This document shows positions 1 through 10,430 of a DNA stretch of 64,000 nucleotides, one piece after another. The notes beneath the pieces are model-generated. The model was not told where the DNA came from, searched no databases, and was given only the letters and a program-made list of their open reading frames with translations. Within the stretch, counting starts at the first letter, position 1, and the number at the start of each line of letters is the position of its first letter. This DNA comes from Marinicella sp. (GTDB taxonomy: Bacteria; Pseudomonadota; Gammaproteobacteria; Xanthomonadales; Marinicellaceae). Made by a program: the position numbers and the translations under genes. The stretch covers positions 2,912,001 through 2,976,000 of the forward strand of contig OZ246001.1 of assembly GCA_965230295.1 (NCBI GenBank), written 5' to 3'.

Positions 1-2
1 AG

Positions 3-245
3 TTATTAGGTGAAGTCACTCGTTTCAGCATGAATCAATTGTCCAATGATTACTTGGAACAAGAACAAGCCGAGTTGATGAATATGGATTTGACCGAGGC
101 TAAAGCTTTGATCAACCAACACATCGACGAAAGTGCCATGATTTATTTGGTTGTGGGCGATGCCAAAACTCAACTGCAGAGGATTAAGGATTTGGGTTAT
201 GGTGATCCGATTGTGCTGGATAAAGCAGGCCATGTGATTGAGTAA
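3..245 (+). CDS. C-terminal end (partial) of a probable M16/pitrilysin-family zinc protease
   Basis: The frame is open from the window start. The tail 'MIYLVVGDAKTQLQRIKDLGYGDPIVLD' resembles the C-termini of PqqL-like M16 peptidases. A terminator-like hairpin follows. Confidence 0.55.
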   Translation, partial: LLGEVTRFSMNQLSNDYLEQEQAELMNMDLTEAKALINQHIDESAMIYLVVGDAKTQLQRIKDLGYGDPIVLDKAGHVIE

Positions 246-262
246 CTTGATTGATTACGATG

Positions 263-288
263 AAAAGGCCGGCATTTCTGGCTTTTTT
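263..288 (+). terminator. Probable intrinsic terminator
   Basis: aaaaggccgg-cattt-ctggcttttttt: a GC stem with a T-tract just after the stop at 245. Confidence 0.55.
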
Positions 289-387
289 ACGCTCAAAATT
301 TGAGGTCAAATAATTCATGACCTACAGCCCATGTGGATGAAATACCTGCCCTCTATAATGTTTAGACTTTATTTTTGGTAATCAGAC

Positions 388-2145
388 ATGCACAAAAAAT
401 TCAAATTCGTCACCCTGCTGGTGATCATCACATTCAATGTCCAGGTTTGGGCAGAAGAACAAGACTGGGTCAAGCGATCCAATGACATTGCTTATAAAAT
501 TTTAGAATCAGGAGCCAAATTTGCCCCTGAGTTTTCTGGTCAAACCGGTGTTGATGGCTATGATGAAGAGATATTCGACCTCAGGGATGATTTGGTTAAG
601 CGCCAGTTACAGAATGCTGAAAGTAACTTAAAAATGCTCAATGAATTATTGGCCAAAGAGCAAGACGCCAGGGTTAAGCAAGACATCGAAATCATGATCC
701 AATCGGTGAATGACAACATCGAAGCCACCAAAATCAATGATGCCAAAGTATTACCCTATGGCAATGTGATTGGTTTGGTTTTCGCCGGTTTCAATGGGTT
801 GCTAGACAAACAAGTGCCTTTTGAAAGGCAGCAAGCTGCGTTGGTGCGATTGAAAAAATACACCGGAGCAGCCAAGGGTTATGAACCTTTGGTGGAGTTG
901 GCCAAAAAACGTTTAACAGAACGCATGGGTGAAAAGGATTTGATCAAACCTTATAAGGGTGAAGTTGAACAAGACATTCAACGGTCATCGATATTTATTG
1001 ATGGCTTAACTCAAGTGTTTGCCGCCACTGATTTAACAGGCTATGAAGATGACTTAAAAACCTTGCAAGGACAGTTGTCTGATTACAATGAATGGGTCAA
1101 AGCCAATATCTTGCCCAACACCCGAGAAAGCGCGGTATTACCTCGAGAACTGTATGAATTACAACTGAAAAACTATGGTGTTGATGCTTCTCCTGAAGAG
1201 TTGATGAAAATTGGCCAAACTGCATTCATGAATATACGCTTTGAAATGATGGCTTTGGCACCTTTGGTGGCTGAAAAGTTTGGTTATGAAACCAATGATT
1301 ATCGTGAAGTTATGGAGTTGCTCAAAGAAGACCAGGTGCATGGTGAAGCTTTGATGGAAGAATATGCCGCGGTGATGAAAGAGCTGGATAAAATCATCAA
1401 CAAGCATCAGCTGATTTCTTTACCCAATGAACCTGCGCGTGCCAGGATGGCAACGGCTGCTGAAACCGCCCAACAACCAGCAGCTCATTTAGATGTCCCG
1501 CGATTGGTTGGTAATACGGGTGAATTTCCGGAGTTCATTGTGCCCCGCATTGAGCAGAATGAAGATGGTTCCTGGCCTAAGAATGATTATGCCTTCAAAG
1601 CCATGATGTGGACTTTGTCTGCCCATGAAGCCAGACCAGGTCATGAACTACAGTTCACCACCATGCTCAGAGGCGGCGTGACCACGGCCAGGGCATTGTT
1701 TGCTTTTAACTCAGCCAACGTTGAAGGCTGGGCCCTGTATGCTGAAGCCATCAGTAAAGAGTACATGCCTTTGGAAGGTCAGTTGTATTCTCTCCAGGCA
1801 CGTTTGTTGCGGGCGGCCAGAATCTGGCTGGATCCCATGTTGAATTTGGGTTTGATCACACCTGCTGAGGCCAAACGTGTGTTGATGGAAGATGTGGGTG
1901 AGGATGATTTGAATGCCCAAACTGAGATTGACCGGTACACATTCAGATCACCTGCCCAAGCAACAGCCTATTATTATGGTTATGAAAAACTGTTGGTGTT
2001 GAGGGCAGAAACTGAATTGAAGTTAAAGGACAAATTCAATCAGAAAGCTTTTCATGACTTTATTTTGAAGCAAGGTTTGTTACCACCTGACTTGTTGAGA
2101 AAAGCCGTCATTGAGCATTTCATAACACCACAAATGATTGAATAA
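388..2145 (+). CDS. DUF885 family secreted protein (putative metallopeptidase)
   Basis: 585 aa with a signal peptide. Motifs HEARPGHELQ, EGWALYAE, 'EIDRY...PAQATAY' and 'KAFHDFIL' are typical of DUF885. Confidence 0.85.
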   Translation: MHKKFKFVTLLVIITFNVQVWAEEQDWVKRSNDIAYKILESGAKFAPEFSGQTGVDGYDEEIFDLRDDLVKRQLQNAESNLKMLNELLAKEQDARVKQDIEIMIQSVNDNIEATKINDAKVLPYGNVIGLVFAGFNGLLDKQVPFERQQAALVRLKKYTGAAKGYEPLVELAKKRLTERMGEKDLIKPYKGEVEQDIQRSSIFIDGLTQVFAATDLTGYEDDLKTLQGQLSDYNEWVKANILPNTRESAVLPRELYELQLKNYGVDASPEELMKIGQTAFMNIRFEMMALAPLVAEKFGYETNDYREVMELLKEDQVHGEALMEEYAAVMKELDKIINKHQLISLPNEPARARMATAAETAQQPAAHLDVPRLVGNTGEFPEFIVPRIEQNEDGSWPKNDYAFKAMMWTLSAHEARPGHELQFTTMLRGGVTTARALFAFNSANVEGWALYAEAISKEYMPLEGQLYSLQARLLRAARIWLDPMLNLGLITPAEAKRVLMEDVGEDDLNAQTEIDRYTFRSPAQATAYYYGYEKLLVLRAETELKLKDKFNQKAFHDFILKQGLLPPDLLRKAVIEHFITPQMIE

Positions 2146-2170
2146 ATCAGTTTAGGTTTTCTATAATGAT

Positions 2171-2197
2171 AAAGGCCCATAGAAATGGGCCTTTTTT
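2171..2197 (+). terminator. Intrinsic terminator
   Basis: aaaggcccat-agaa-atgggcctttttt downstream of the DUF885 stop. Confidence 0.75.
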
Positions 2198-2339
2198 GTA
2201 ACTGCCGATCGAAATGATCGCCAAAATAAATTAAATTTGGCATCTTTGTATTGATATTTACAATTATCAATATAATTATAACTTTGAAACCATGTTCTGT
2301 TTTAGAATTATTGAGTTAAGTTAATCAATAGGGGTTTCA

Positions 2340-5300
2340 ATGAAAATCAAAGTTCTCATATTAACCAGTCTGATTGTGTTTGGTGTCTATGAACTGGCAC
2401 CCATGATCAAACCCAGCAAACAAACCACTGAGTCTGCCACATTGGTGGCCAAGCCTGAATGGCAAGAGCTGGAACCGGATGAAGTAATCAACCCTTTGGT
2501 TCCAGTTGTGAGCCCTGATACAAAAGGAATCGTTGTAGATGGCATCACTTTACAACCACAAGTCAGGTACAATAATTTAAACCCAGAATTGGCTGGTCAG
2601 CTGAGTTCAGAATTTACACCAACTCCGAAAAAAAGAACTGGTGGTTATCGCTACCAGAAAGCCAACCCTGACGAAATCACACAAAATCATGCCAAGCTGG
2701 ATGAAGGGCTGCCAGTAACCCGCAGTCTTGTGTCATCCATTGATGCCGGTGGACAAGCAACAAATGGTGTCAACACTGGCTTCCTTTTTATCCCTGCAGA
2801 CCCTCATGGTGCTGCTGGTCCCAATCATGTGGTCAACGTCTTCAACACATCCATTGAGTTTTATCAAACCGATGGCACTGCCAATGGCAGTCAGTCATTG
2901 CAAAGTTTTTTCGCCCCTTTATCACCGGTAAACTTTACCTTCGATCCCAAGGTTCTGTATGACCAATATGAGCAGCGTTTTGTGGTTGTGACTCTGGAAA
3001 GACAAGACACTGCTGCCGGTGATCCCACCAATTCATCTCGTGTCTTGGTGGCTGTATCTGATGATGCAAACCCTAATGGCACTTGGTTCATGCATGCCAT
3101 CAACACCAACGTGAATATTGGCGGCACCCCCAGCTGGTTCGATTACCCGGGATTGGCCATCGATGAGGAGGTCATTTACTTAACCGGAAACCAATTCACT
3201 TACGGGGTTTCCAACTCTTTTCAAGGGGTTCGCTTGTGGGCCATACAAAAAACCGGTTTTTACAGCGGTGGGGCAGCTACAGTGGTTGGGTCTCTGGACC
3301 CTTTTGCTGGCGTTTCTCCCAATTTGCCGAATACCACCCAGCCTGCACATACCTATGGCAACGCGCCTGCTGGTTTGGGAACTTACCTGGTTTCTTATTC
3401 ACGCATCAACAACGGAACCAGTGAATTTTGGCAATTGATTCGCTTGGATAACCCTTTGGGTGTGCCGTCCTTCACCCATCAGTTCATCAATGTGGGCGAC
3501 ATCGAACCCAATGCCATTAATGGACCGCCATTTCCACTGGCTCCACAGTCAGGCACTGCATTAACCCTCGCGACCAATGACCCACGAGCCCTGGATGCGG
3601 TGTGGCGCGATGGCCAAATATTTGCAACAGCCACCATTGAAAGCCAAAGTGAATTGGGTGAAACTTCAGCATCCTGGTGGGTTTTTGATGGTGTTGGGGG
3701 CGCAGCAGCATTCAACGACACCGGCATCATAGATGGTGAAGACATTGCTGCGGGAACTTTCACCTTCTTTCCTTCCATTGCAGTCAATGCCGATGGCGGG
3801 GTCGGTGTGGGTTTTTCAGCCTCAGCGCCGAGCATCTTTCCCAGTTCATATTTCGCGGTCAGGTCTCCAGGGGATGCGGCAGGTACAATGAGGCCATCAC
3901 AGTTGATTCGTTCGGGCACTGATTTCTATCACCGTACTTTTGGTGGTCCAAGCAATCGATGGGGTGACTATACTTCGGTTGCCGTTGATCCGAATGACGA
4001 ATGTTTCTGGGTATACAACAAACATGCAGTGAACAGAAGCAGCGGTGCTGCCAGTGAAAATGGTATGTATGGAACTGCTTTTGGTGAGTTTTGTAACCAA
4101 GATCCGACTGCAGGGAATGACAGCATCAATGTTGATGAAGGTGCCACCTCAACGGCATTGGTGGGTGGATTCACAACTGTGTTGAACAACGATTCGGATC
4201 CCGATGCAGCAGACAGTATTGGTGCTATTTTAGTATCAGGCCCAGCCGATGCCAGTAGTTTCAACTTGAATGTCAATGGTACATTCAGTTATACCCACAA
4301 TGGCGACGAAGCACCTACTGATTCATTCACTTACAATGCTTGTGACGATGGTACCCCGGTTAAGTGTGATCTGGCTACAGTCAACATCAGTGTCAACCCA
4401 ATTGATGATGATCCCACCGCTGTGGACGACACTGCCACAGTGGATGAAAACACCAGCAACAACACCATCAATGTGTTGACCAACGACACCGATGTAGATG
4501 GTGGACCCTTACAAGTGACCGGAGTGACCCAGCCAACCAATGGCACAACTTCATTCACTGCCAGTAACGTCAGTTACACCCCTGATACAGACTACTGTAA
4601 CGATGGCGTGACCACTGATGATTTTGATTACACCATCAATGGTGGTTCCTCTGCCACAGTAGAAGTGACGGTTACTTGTCAGGCCAATCAAGATCCGGTG
4701 GCCAATAACGATGCAGTCAATACCGATGAGGACGTGTTGGTATCGGTCAATGTGTTGGCCAACGACAACGATCCGGATGCGGGCGATACCTTGAGTGTGA
4801 CGTCTTGTTCAGCCCCCAGTAACGGTACGGTGGTGCAAAACGGTAACAACTGTGATTTCACGCCCAGCCTGAACTTCAATGGTGCAGGTGGTTTCAGCTA
4901 TGCCATCAGTGACGGCAATGGGGGCACCGATACGGCCACAGTGACCGTGACGGTGGATCCGGTTAATGATGACCCTGTAGCAGTTAATGACAATGCCAAT
5001 ACCAATGAGGACACCTTGGTTTCAGTGGCAGTGTTGACTGGCGACTCAGATGTGGACACCGGTGACACCCTGAGTGTGACCTCATGTTCGGCCCCGAGCA
5101 ACGGAACGGTGGTGTTGAACGGCAACAACTGTGACTTCACCCCAAGCTTGAACTTCAACGGTTCGGGTGGTTTCAGTTATGCGATCAGTGATGGCAATGG
5201 CGGTACCGACACCGCAACAGTCACGGTCACGGTCGATGCGGTGAATGATGATCCGGTGGCTGTTAATGACAACGCCACCACTGACGAAGACACCTTGGTT

Positions 5301-6458
5301 TCGGTGGCCGTGTTGTCTGGTGATTCCGATGTGGATACGGGAGATACCTTGAGTGTCACGTCATGTTCCGCACCGAGCAATGGTACGGTGGTGCAAAACG
5401 GCAACAACTGTGATTTCACGCCCGGCCTGAATTTCAATGGCAGCGGAGGCTTCACTTATGCCATCAGCGACGGCAATGGTGGCAGCGACAGTGCCACGGT
5501 TTCAGTGACTGTGAACGCTGTGAATGACGATCCTGTGGCAGTCAACGACAATGCCAATACCAATGAAGACACCTTGGTATCGGTGGCTGTGCTGGCTGGT
5601 GACAGCGACCCGGATTCAGGCGATACCTTGAGTGTGACTTCATGTTCTGGTTCCAGCAACGGTACAGTGGTGCTCAATGGTAATAATTGTGACTACACAC
5701 CCAGCCTGAACTTCAACGGCACCGGTGGTTTCAGTTATGCCATCAGTGACGGCAATGGTGGCACCGACAGTGCCACGGTGACAGTATCGGTGGCAGCGGT
5801 TAACGATGATCCACTGGCGGTTAATGACAATGCCAATGCCAATGAAGATGGCGCTGTCTCAGTGGCGGTTTTGACTGGTGACAGTGATCCGGATAGTGGT
5901 GATACTTTGAGTGTAACTGCTTGTTCAGGCGCCAGTGATGGTTCAGTGGTACTCAACGGTAATAATTGTGATTTTACGCCGAGTTCGGATTTCAATGGCC
6001 AGGCCACATTTGATTACAGCATCAGCGATGGTAATGGTGGTTCAGACACCGCTTCGGTGACTGTTGATGTGGCTGCTGTAAATGATGAACCGAGCATGTC
6101 GGTGAATGATCAGGTATATGTCAGCTTGGCAGACATTGGCAGCCCGCCAGCACAAAACCTGGCTTGTCAATTTGACTTCGGTCCTGCCGACGAAGATGCC
6201 AGTCAGGCTGTTGCTGACATGATTGTCAGCATCACCAATGACCCTGACGGTATTTTGAGTTCAATCGATGTGGATAACAGCGGTGCTCTCAATTATACAT
6301 TTACCGGCAGTGCAGGGGTGGCAGAAGTGACTGTCTCGCTGCAAGATGATGGTGGCACCAGCAATGGTGGTGATGACACATCGGTGGCCTATACGTTCTT
6401 GGTCAATGTGCAGGATTACGTGTTCAGAAGTGACTTTGAAGCGCAAGTCTGTCCATAA
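2340..6458 (+). CDS. Large secreted protein with an N-terminal beta-rich domain and cadherin-like/Ig (tandem-95/Big_9-type) repeats; C-terminal DYVFRSDFE motif
   Basis: 1372 aa with an N-terminal hydrophobic segment. Contains a 'PADPHGAAGPNH...FDPKVLYD...RWGDYT' domain and repeats of the form 'NDDPVAVND...VL.GDSD.D.GD.L...F.YAISDGNGG'. Confidence 0.8.
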   Translation: MKIKVLILTSLIVFGVYELAPMIKPSKQTTESATLVAKPEWQELEPDEVINPLVPVVSPDTKGIVVDGITLQPQVRYNNLNPELAGQLSSEFTPTPKKRTGGYRYQKANPDEITQNHAKLDEGLPVTRSLVSSIDAGGQATNGVNTGFLFIPADPHGAAGPNHVVNVFNTSIEFYQTDGTANGSQSLQSFFAPLSPVNFTFDPKVLYDQYEQRFVVVTLERQDTAAGDPTNSSRVLVAVSDDANPNGTWFMHAINTNVNIGGTPSWFDYPGLAIDEEVIYLTGNQFTYGVSNSFQGVRLWAIQKTGFYSGGAATVVGSLDPFAGVSPNLPNTTQPAHTYGNAPAGLGTYLVSYSRINNGTSEFWQLIRLDNPLGVPSFTHQFINVGDIEPNAINGPPFPLAPQSGTALTLATNDPRALDAVWRDGQIFATATIESQSELGETSASWWVFDGVGGAAAFNDTGIIDGEDIAAGTFTFFPSIAVNADGGVGVGFSASAPSIFPSSYFAVRSPGDAAGTMRPSQLIRSGTDFYHRTFGGPSNRWGDYTSVAVDPNDECFWVYNKHAVNRSSGAASENGMYGTAFGEFCNQDPTAGNDSINVDEGATSTALVGGFTTVLNNDSDPDAADSIGAILVSGPADASSFNLNVNGTFSYTHNGDEAPTDSFTYNACDDGTPVKCDLATVNISVNPIDDDPTAVDDTATVDENTSNNTINVLTNDTDVDGGPLQVTGVTQPTNGTTSFTASNVSYTPDTDYCNDGVTTDDFDYTINGGSSATVEVTVTCQANQDPVANNDAVNTDEDVLVSVNVLANDNDPDAGDTLSVTSCSAPSNGTVVQNGNNCDFTPSLNFNGAGGFSYAISDGNGGTDTATVTVTVDPVNDDPVAVNDNANTNEDTLVSVAVLTGDSDVDTGDTLSVTSCSAPSNGTVVLNGNNCDFTPSLNFNGSGGFSYAISDGNGGTDTATVTVTVDAVNDDPVAVNDNATTDEDTLVSVAVLSGDSDVDTGDTLSVTSCSAPSNGTVVQNGNNCDFTPGLNFNGSGGFTYAISDGNGGSDSATVSVTVNAVNDDPVAVNDNANTNEDTLVSVAVLAGDSDPDSGDTLSVTSCSGSSNGTVVLNGNNCDYTPSLNFNGTGGFSYAISDGNGGTDSATVTVSVAAVNDDPLAVNDNANANEDGAVSVAVLTGDSDPDSGDTLSVTACSGASDGSVVLNGNNCDFTPSSDFNGQATFDYSISDGNGGSDTASVTVDVAAVNDEPSMSVNDQVYVSLADIGSPPAQNLACQFDFGPADEDASQAVADMIVSITNDPDGILSSIDVDNSGALNYTFTGSAGVAEVTVSLQDDGGTSNGGDDTSVAYTFLVNVQDYVFRSDFEAQVCP
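4686..6081 (+). repeat. Five tandem 279-bp (93-aa) intragenic Ig/cadherin-like repeats
   Basis: The 93-aa unit has 2 Cys and occurs five times. The copies are similar in protein sequence but carry many synonymous differences. Confidence 0.85.
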
Positions 6459-6475
6459 CCAGTATCAACAGAACC

Positions 6476-6503
6476 AAAAAAACCGGGCCATGCCCGGTTT
6501 TTT
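6476..6503. terminator. Bidirectional intrinsic terminator between convergent genes
   Basis: aaaaaaaccggg-ccatg-cccggttttttt. Confidence 0.8.
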
Positions 6504-6524
6504 TGTGCTTGATTGATGACTGGA

Positions 6525-7730
6525 TCAGCGAGCGGCAAATGTTTGCAACTTGTATTTGCTCAAGGAATCAGCAAATTCTTGCAGCAGTTTATTGCCACTT
6601 TGTTCAGCTTTGATACACCATGCTTTGAAATCAGCAATCATTTCTTCCACTGACTTGGTGTTGTTGTCCCATATGGCTTGTAACTCTGATTTGTACTGTA
6701 ATAAGTTTTTCAAGGACTTGCTGTCTTCGAAATAACTGCTCCATTTGGTTTTGATGTCGGCTTTTAAAAACTGTGGGTCCAAGGACAAATGGTGGGTGTA
6801 TTTTTTGATTCGCTTGTTAAATTTGTTTGATGCATTTTGGTATTCTTCGGCCAGTGAGGGTTTAATCACATCTTTGATGTAAACCTGTAGCACATTGAAT
6901 TTATGAGTCAAAATGGCTTTGACTGTTTCCCCGTCCAATTCCTGATTTTCGTTGTCAACATACAAATCAGGCACGACTTTCTTAATTTTACACAAGCCTA
7001 GTTTGTTCAGTACCCTGATGACATACCAACCCAAATCATGTTCGCCTTTTTTGTGAGCAAATTTACTTGAGGAAGGAAAGGCGTGGTGATTGTTGTGTAA
7101 TTCTTCTCCAAAAATAAAGAAGGCAAAGCGATAAATGTTACGGGATGAGTCATCGGTGCGGTAATTTCGATAACCGACAAAATGACCAACTCCATTGATG
7201 ACGCCTGCAGCGAAAAAAGGAATCCACAGCATTTGAATGGCATAAATCAACAAGCCAATCACACCAAATAGGGCAATGTTCATGAATGCCAATAACACGA
7301 TTCCGAGGTAATGAAATCGTGTGTAGATATTTCTTTCAACCCAGTCTTCAGGGGTTCCCTGACCGTACTTTTCCATGGTCTGTGGATTTTTTCTTTCCTT
7401 CGTGTATAAATTCACGCCATGGAACAACACTTTCTTGATGCCATGGATTTGCGGGCTGTGTGGATCGTCTTCTGTTTCACAAAAAGCGTGGTGCTTGCGA
7501 TGTATGGCTACCCATTCTTTGGTTAACATACCGGTGGTGAACCACAACCAAAAACGATAAAAATGTTGAAGGACCGGATTCATTTGAATCCCACGATGAG
7601 TTTGCTCACGGTGCAGGTAGAGGCTGACACCTGATAAGGTGACTTGCACCACAATAAAAGTATAGAGAACCATCTGCCAGGCAGAAAAGTTGAGTAAACC
7701 AGTTTCAAGAAAATCTAAAAATTGATACAT
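6525..7730 (-). CDS. desA: Acyl-CoA/phospholipid delta-9 fatty acid desaturase (DesA family)
   Basis: Three His boxes (HREQTH, HRKHH, HNNHH), TM segments and the helical C-terminal extension typical of gammaproteobacterial DesA. Confidence 0.85.
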   Translation of the reverse strand: MYQFLDFLETGLLNFSAWQMVLYTFIVVQVTLSGVSLYLHREQTHRGIQMNPVLQHFYRFWLWFTTGMLTKEWVAIHRKHHAFCETEDDPHSPQIHGIKKVLFHGVNLYTKERKNPQTMEKYGQGTPEDWVERNIYTRFHYLGIVLLAFMNIALFGVIGLLIYAIQMLWIPFFAAGVINGVGHFVGYRNYRTDDSSRNIYRFAFFIFGEELHNNHHAFPSSSKFAHKKGEHDLGWYVIRVLNKLGLCKIKKVVPDLYVDNENQELDGETVKAILTHKFNVLQVYIKDVIKPSLAEEYQNASNKFNKRIKKYTHHLSLDPQFLKADIKTKWSSYFEDSKSLKNLLQYKSELQAIWDNNTKSVEEMIADFKAWCIKAEQSGNKLLQEFADSLSKYKLQTFAAR

Positions 7731-7812
7731 AAATAGTGGTTTGTTTTATAAGGAATGCTCACTATAATGAATTAAATTTGCAATAGCCAGAGAAAAACAC
7801 GTACCTTTTCGT

Positions 7813-8532
7813 ATGGAAATAAACCCACAAACTGCTAACCAATTGAAGTTAAACAAACTTTGTTTAACCCGCTCAAACCAAAAAATCCTGCATGGTGTTG
7901 ATGTCGAGTTGCCCACACCTGGGGTGACCGTTTTGCTTGGAGCCAATGGCGCAGGGAAGTCCACATTGCTTAATATCTTGGCTGGCGTCACTCAAGCAGA
8001 TTCGGGCCAGATTGACGCGCCATCACAAAACAAGGCATGTTTAATGCCTGAACCAGCGGTTTTTTATCCACATTTGACGGTTGAAGAACAATTGAAATAT
8101 GTAGCAGAATTGTTTGGTGTTGATGGAGGTGTTGCCTCAGTCATAGATTTGTGGCAATTGAATTCGGAAGCCAAAAAACTAACCAGGCATTTATCCTTGG
8201 GTTATCGACAGCGCTTGTCATTGGCTCAATTAATGGTATCCCAGGCAGACCTCTTGTTGTTAGATGAACCCATGAATGGTATGGATCCTGAAGTCATGGC
8301 AGTCTTTAAACAACAAATGGATATCTGGCGCCAATCCAAAACCATCATCATGGCGACCCACATCATGCACGAAGCACAAAATATGGCGGACTGGGTGGTT
8401 ATTATGCACCAAGGTCAAGTCATCCAATCCTCTGCTTATCAACATGAAATGAGTTTCAATGAGTTGTATCAAAATGCCATCAACCAACACCACAGATTGT
8501 TGATACAGGATCAAGAGGTGGCGAGTCAATGA
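7813..8532 (+). CDS. ABC transporter ATP-binding protein (GldA-like)
   Basis: Walker A GANGAGKST, signature LSLGYRQR, Walker B LLLLDEP, and an H-loop. Confidence 0.9.
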   Translation: MEINPQTANQLKLNKLCLTRSNQKILHGVDVELPTPGVTVLLGANGAGKSTLLNILAGVTQADSGQIDAPSQNKACLMPEPAVFYPHLTVEEQLKYVAELFGVDGGVASVIDLWQLNSEAKKLTRHLSLGYRQRLSLAQLMVSQADLLLLDEPMNGMDPEVMAVFKQQMDIWRQSKTIIMATHIMHEAQNMADWVVIMHQGQVIQSSAYQHEMSFNELYQNAINQHHRLLIQDQEVASQ

Positions 8533-9275
8533 ACATCACTGAAAAAGACATCAAGACCATTTGGCGATCCCCCATCATCTGGTTGTTGTTGGCTGTTGTC
8601 AGTTTTATGAGTGCCTGGCTGTTTTGGCAGATGATAGATCGATATGCCAGTTTACAAACCAGTTTAATCAACCTGCCCAACCCGCCAACCATCACCCAAT
8701 CCTTGTGGCTGCCCTTTATATTGACTTTGGCAAAGTTTTTGATGCTGTTGGTGGCGTATACTGCGGGTGTCTCAATGGCCCAGGAGAGGTCACAACACAC
8801 CATGTGGTATTTGTTGATCAATCGGCAACAAACAATCACTGTAGTCACCGCGAAATTCAAAGCTCAGCTGATGATCATGGGTTTTGTGTTGTTACTATGC
8901 TTGATCACTGCCTTTTTGTTGGCTACTGGCGGTGCGGTTAATTGGTTGCAAATCATGGCAGGCATTTTGGGTTTGCTTTTGTTTGTAACCTGGTTGATTG
9001 CATTGGGGCTATTGGTTTCAAGTTATTGTCAATCTTCAGGTACCGCTGTGCTCATGAACGTGGTGCTCTTTATCTTCTTGTGGATGCTTGGTGGCGACGT
9101 CATCAGTCAGGATTATGGCTTGAATTGGTTAATTCTAGCCTCTCCGGCACACCACTTGCGGTGGTTTGGTGCTGGTGAAATTGGGATCAGTTCTTTGTGC
9201 TATTTTGTTTTGGGTGCGGTGATTTTTATTGGGTTAACAGCCCGTAAGTTAGAACAACTGAGGCGGGTTTTATGA
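8529..9275 (+). CDS. ABC-2 type permease (GldF-like)
   Basis: About 6 hydrophobic segments and an 'AQERSQHT' motif (E[RK]xxxT type). Overlaps the ATPase stop (ATGA). Confidence 0.8.
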   Translation: MNITEKDIKTIWRSPIIWLLLAVVSFMSAWLFWQMIDRYASLQTSLINLPNPPTITQSLWLPFILTLAKFLMLLVAYTAGVSMAQERSQHTMWYLLINRQQTITVVTAKFKAQLMIMGFVLLLCLITAFLLATGGAVNWLQIMAGILGLLLFVTWLIALGLLVSSYCQSSGTAVLMNVVLFIFLWMLGGDVISQDYGLNWLILASPAHHLRWFGAGEIGISSLCYFVLGAVIFIGLTARKLEQLRRVL

Positions 9276-10423
9276 GCAGGTTCTTGCTTCTTTTGGTTTG
9301 GATGTTTTTGGTGTTTCTGGCAGCAAGACTGATTCCCAATTGGCAACTGCGGCCAAGTTATGCAGACCTGTTGCCGACTTCTGCTCAACAAGTCTTGGCC
9401 CAACAGCCACCACTCTCTGTAGATGTTTTTGCTTTACCTGACTCGCCAGCGGCAAATTTGGTGGATAACTTTCTTGAACCTTTGATCTCTGGGTTATCAG
9501 AGGTAGAGGTGAATTACCTGGACGTCAGCAACAACCTTGAGCTGGTCAAGCAACACCAAATCAACAAGCAAGGTGAAATGCTGATCAGCAGTAAACAGGC
9601 CCATTTCAAGTTATCAACACTGTCATACGAAGCATTTTTCAATGGCTTAAAAAAAATGAGCCAACCACGGGACCAGTGGGTTGTTTTTCTTGAAAATATA
9701 GAGGGTAAACCTTTCAGTTCAGGCCAAGTTGGCAGCCTCAGTGATTGGTTAGCGGCCTTAAAGTCAGCCAACTACTCATCTATGGTGCTGTCATGGCATG
9801 AACAATTAGCCTTACCCCAACAAGCCAAACTGTTGATACTTGCTTCGCCATCAGCGCCTTTTGATCAAGCCAAAATGACTTGGTTGGAGGACCAAATTAA
9901 AGCTGGTAAAAGTGTGTTGTGGTTGACTGATCCGCAGACTGTGATTGTTCAACCTGAGCTGTCATTACTTTTTGATGTCATGAGGACAGATTCCTTTCAT
10001 GCTGGCCATTTGGTGGTGAAGGATTATCCAGAACATGGAATCAATCAGTTTTTTGATCGGCCGATTGACTTGGTTGATGTGGTGCCGTTTGAAACGGCCA
10101 ACGAATCCCTCTGGGTGAATGAACAAAAACAGACTTTAGCAGCTACCAATGAATTGGGTAACAGCCGCCTGATGGTTATTGGTGACAGTGATTTCTTAAG
10201 CAATGAGTTTTTGAGCAGTGGAGGCAACCTTGAAATGTCATTTCGATTGGTTGATTGGCTATTAAAACATGACAATCGGATAGATTTGCCCAGCATTGGT
10301 TTGGGCCAAACACAGCTGTTTTTCAGCCAATCAGAGGTGTTGTCATTTGCAGGAATTATGTTGGTATTGATTCCACTGTTATTTTTAATCCTGGGCGTTT
10401 ATCATTGGCGAAAAAACAAATGA
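9272..10423 (+). CDS. GldG-like ABC transporter auxiliary component
   Basis: N- and C-terminal TM helices and 'RLMVIGDSDFLSN...GNLEM...LVDWL', typical of ABC_transp_aux/GldG. Translationally coupled to the permease. Confidence 0.75.
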   Translation: MSRFLLLLVWMFLVFLAARLIPNWQLRPSYADLLPTSAQQVLAQQPPLSVDVFALPDSPAANLVDNFLEPLISGLSEVEVNYLDVSNNLELVKQHQINKQGEMLISSKQAHFKLSTLSYEAFFNGLKKMSQPRDQWVVFLENIEGKPFSSGQVGSLSDWLAALKSANYSSMVLSWHEQLALPQQAKLLILASPSAPFDQAKMTWLEDQIKAGKSVLWLTDPQTVIVQPELSLLFDVMRTDSFHAGHLVVKDYPEHGINQFFDRPIDLVDVVPFETANESLWVNEQKQTLAATNELGNSRLMVIGDSDFLSNEFLSSGGNLEMSFRLVDWLLKHDNRIDLPSIGLGQTQLFFSQSEVLSFAGIMLVLIPLLFLILGVYHWRKNK

Positions 10424-10430
10424 GGTTTGT

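Noticed and set aside
6525-6950. C-terminal helical extension of the desaturase as a transposase remnant
   Set aside because: This extension is a normal part of gammaproteobacterial DesA-family proteins, and there are no IS ends or catalytic motifs.
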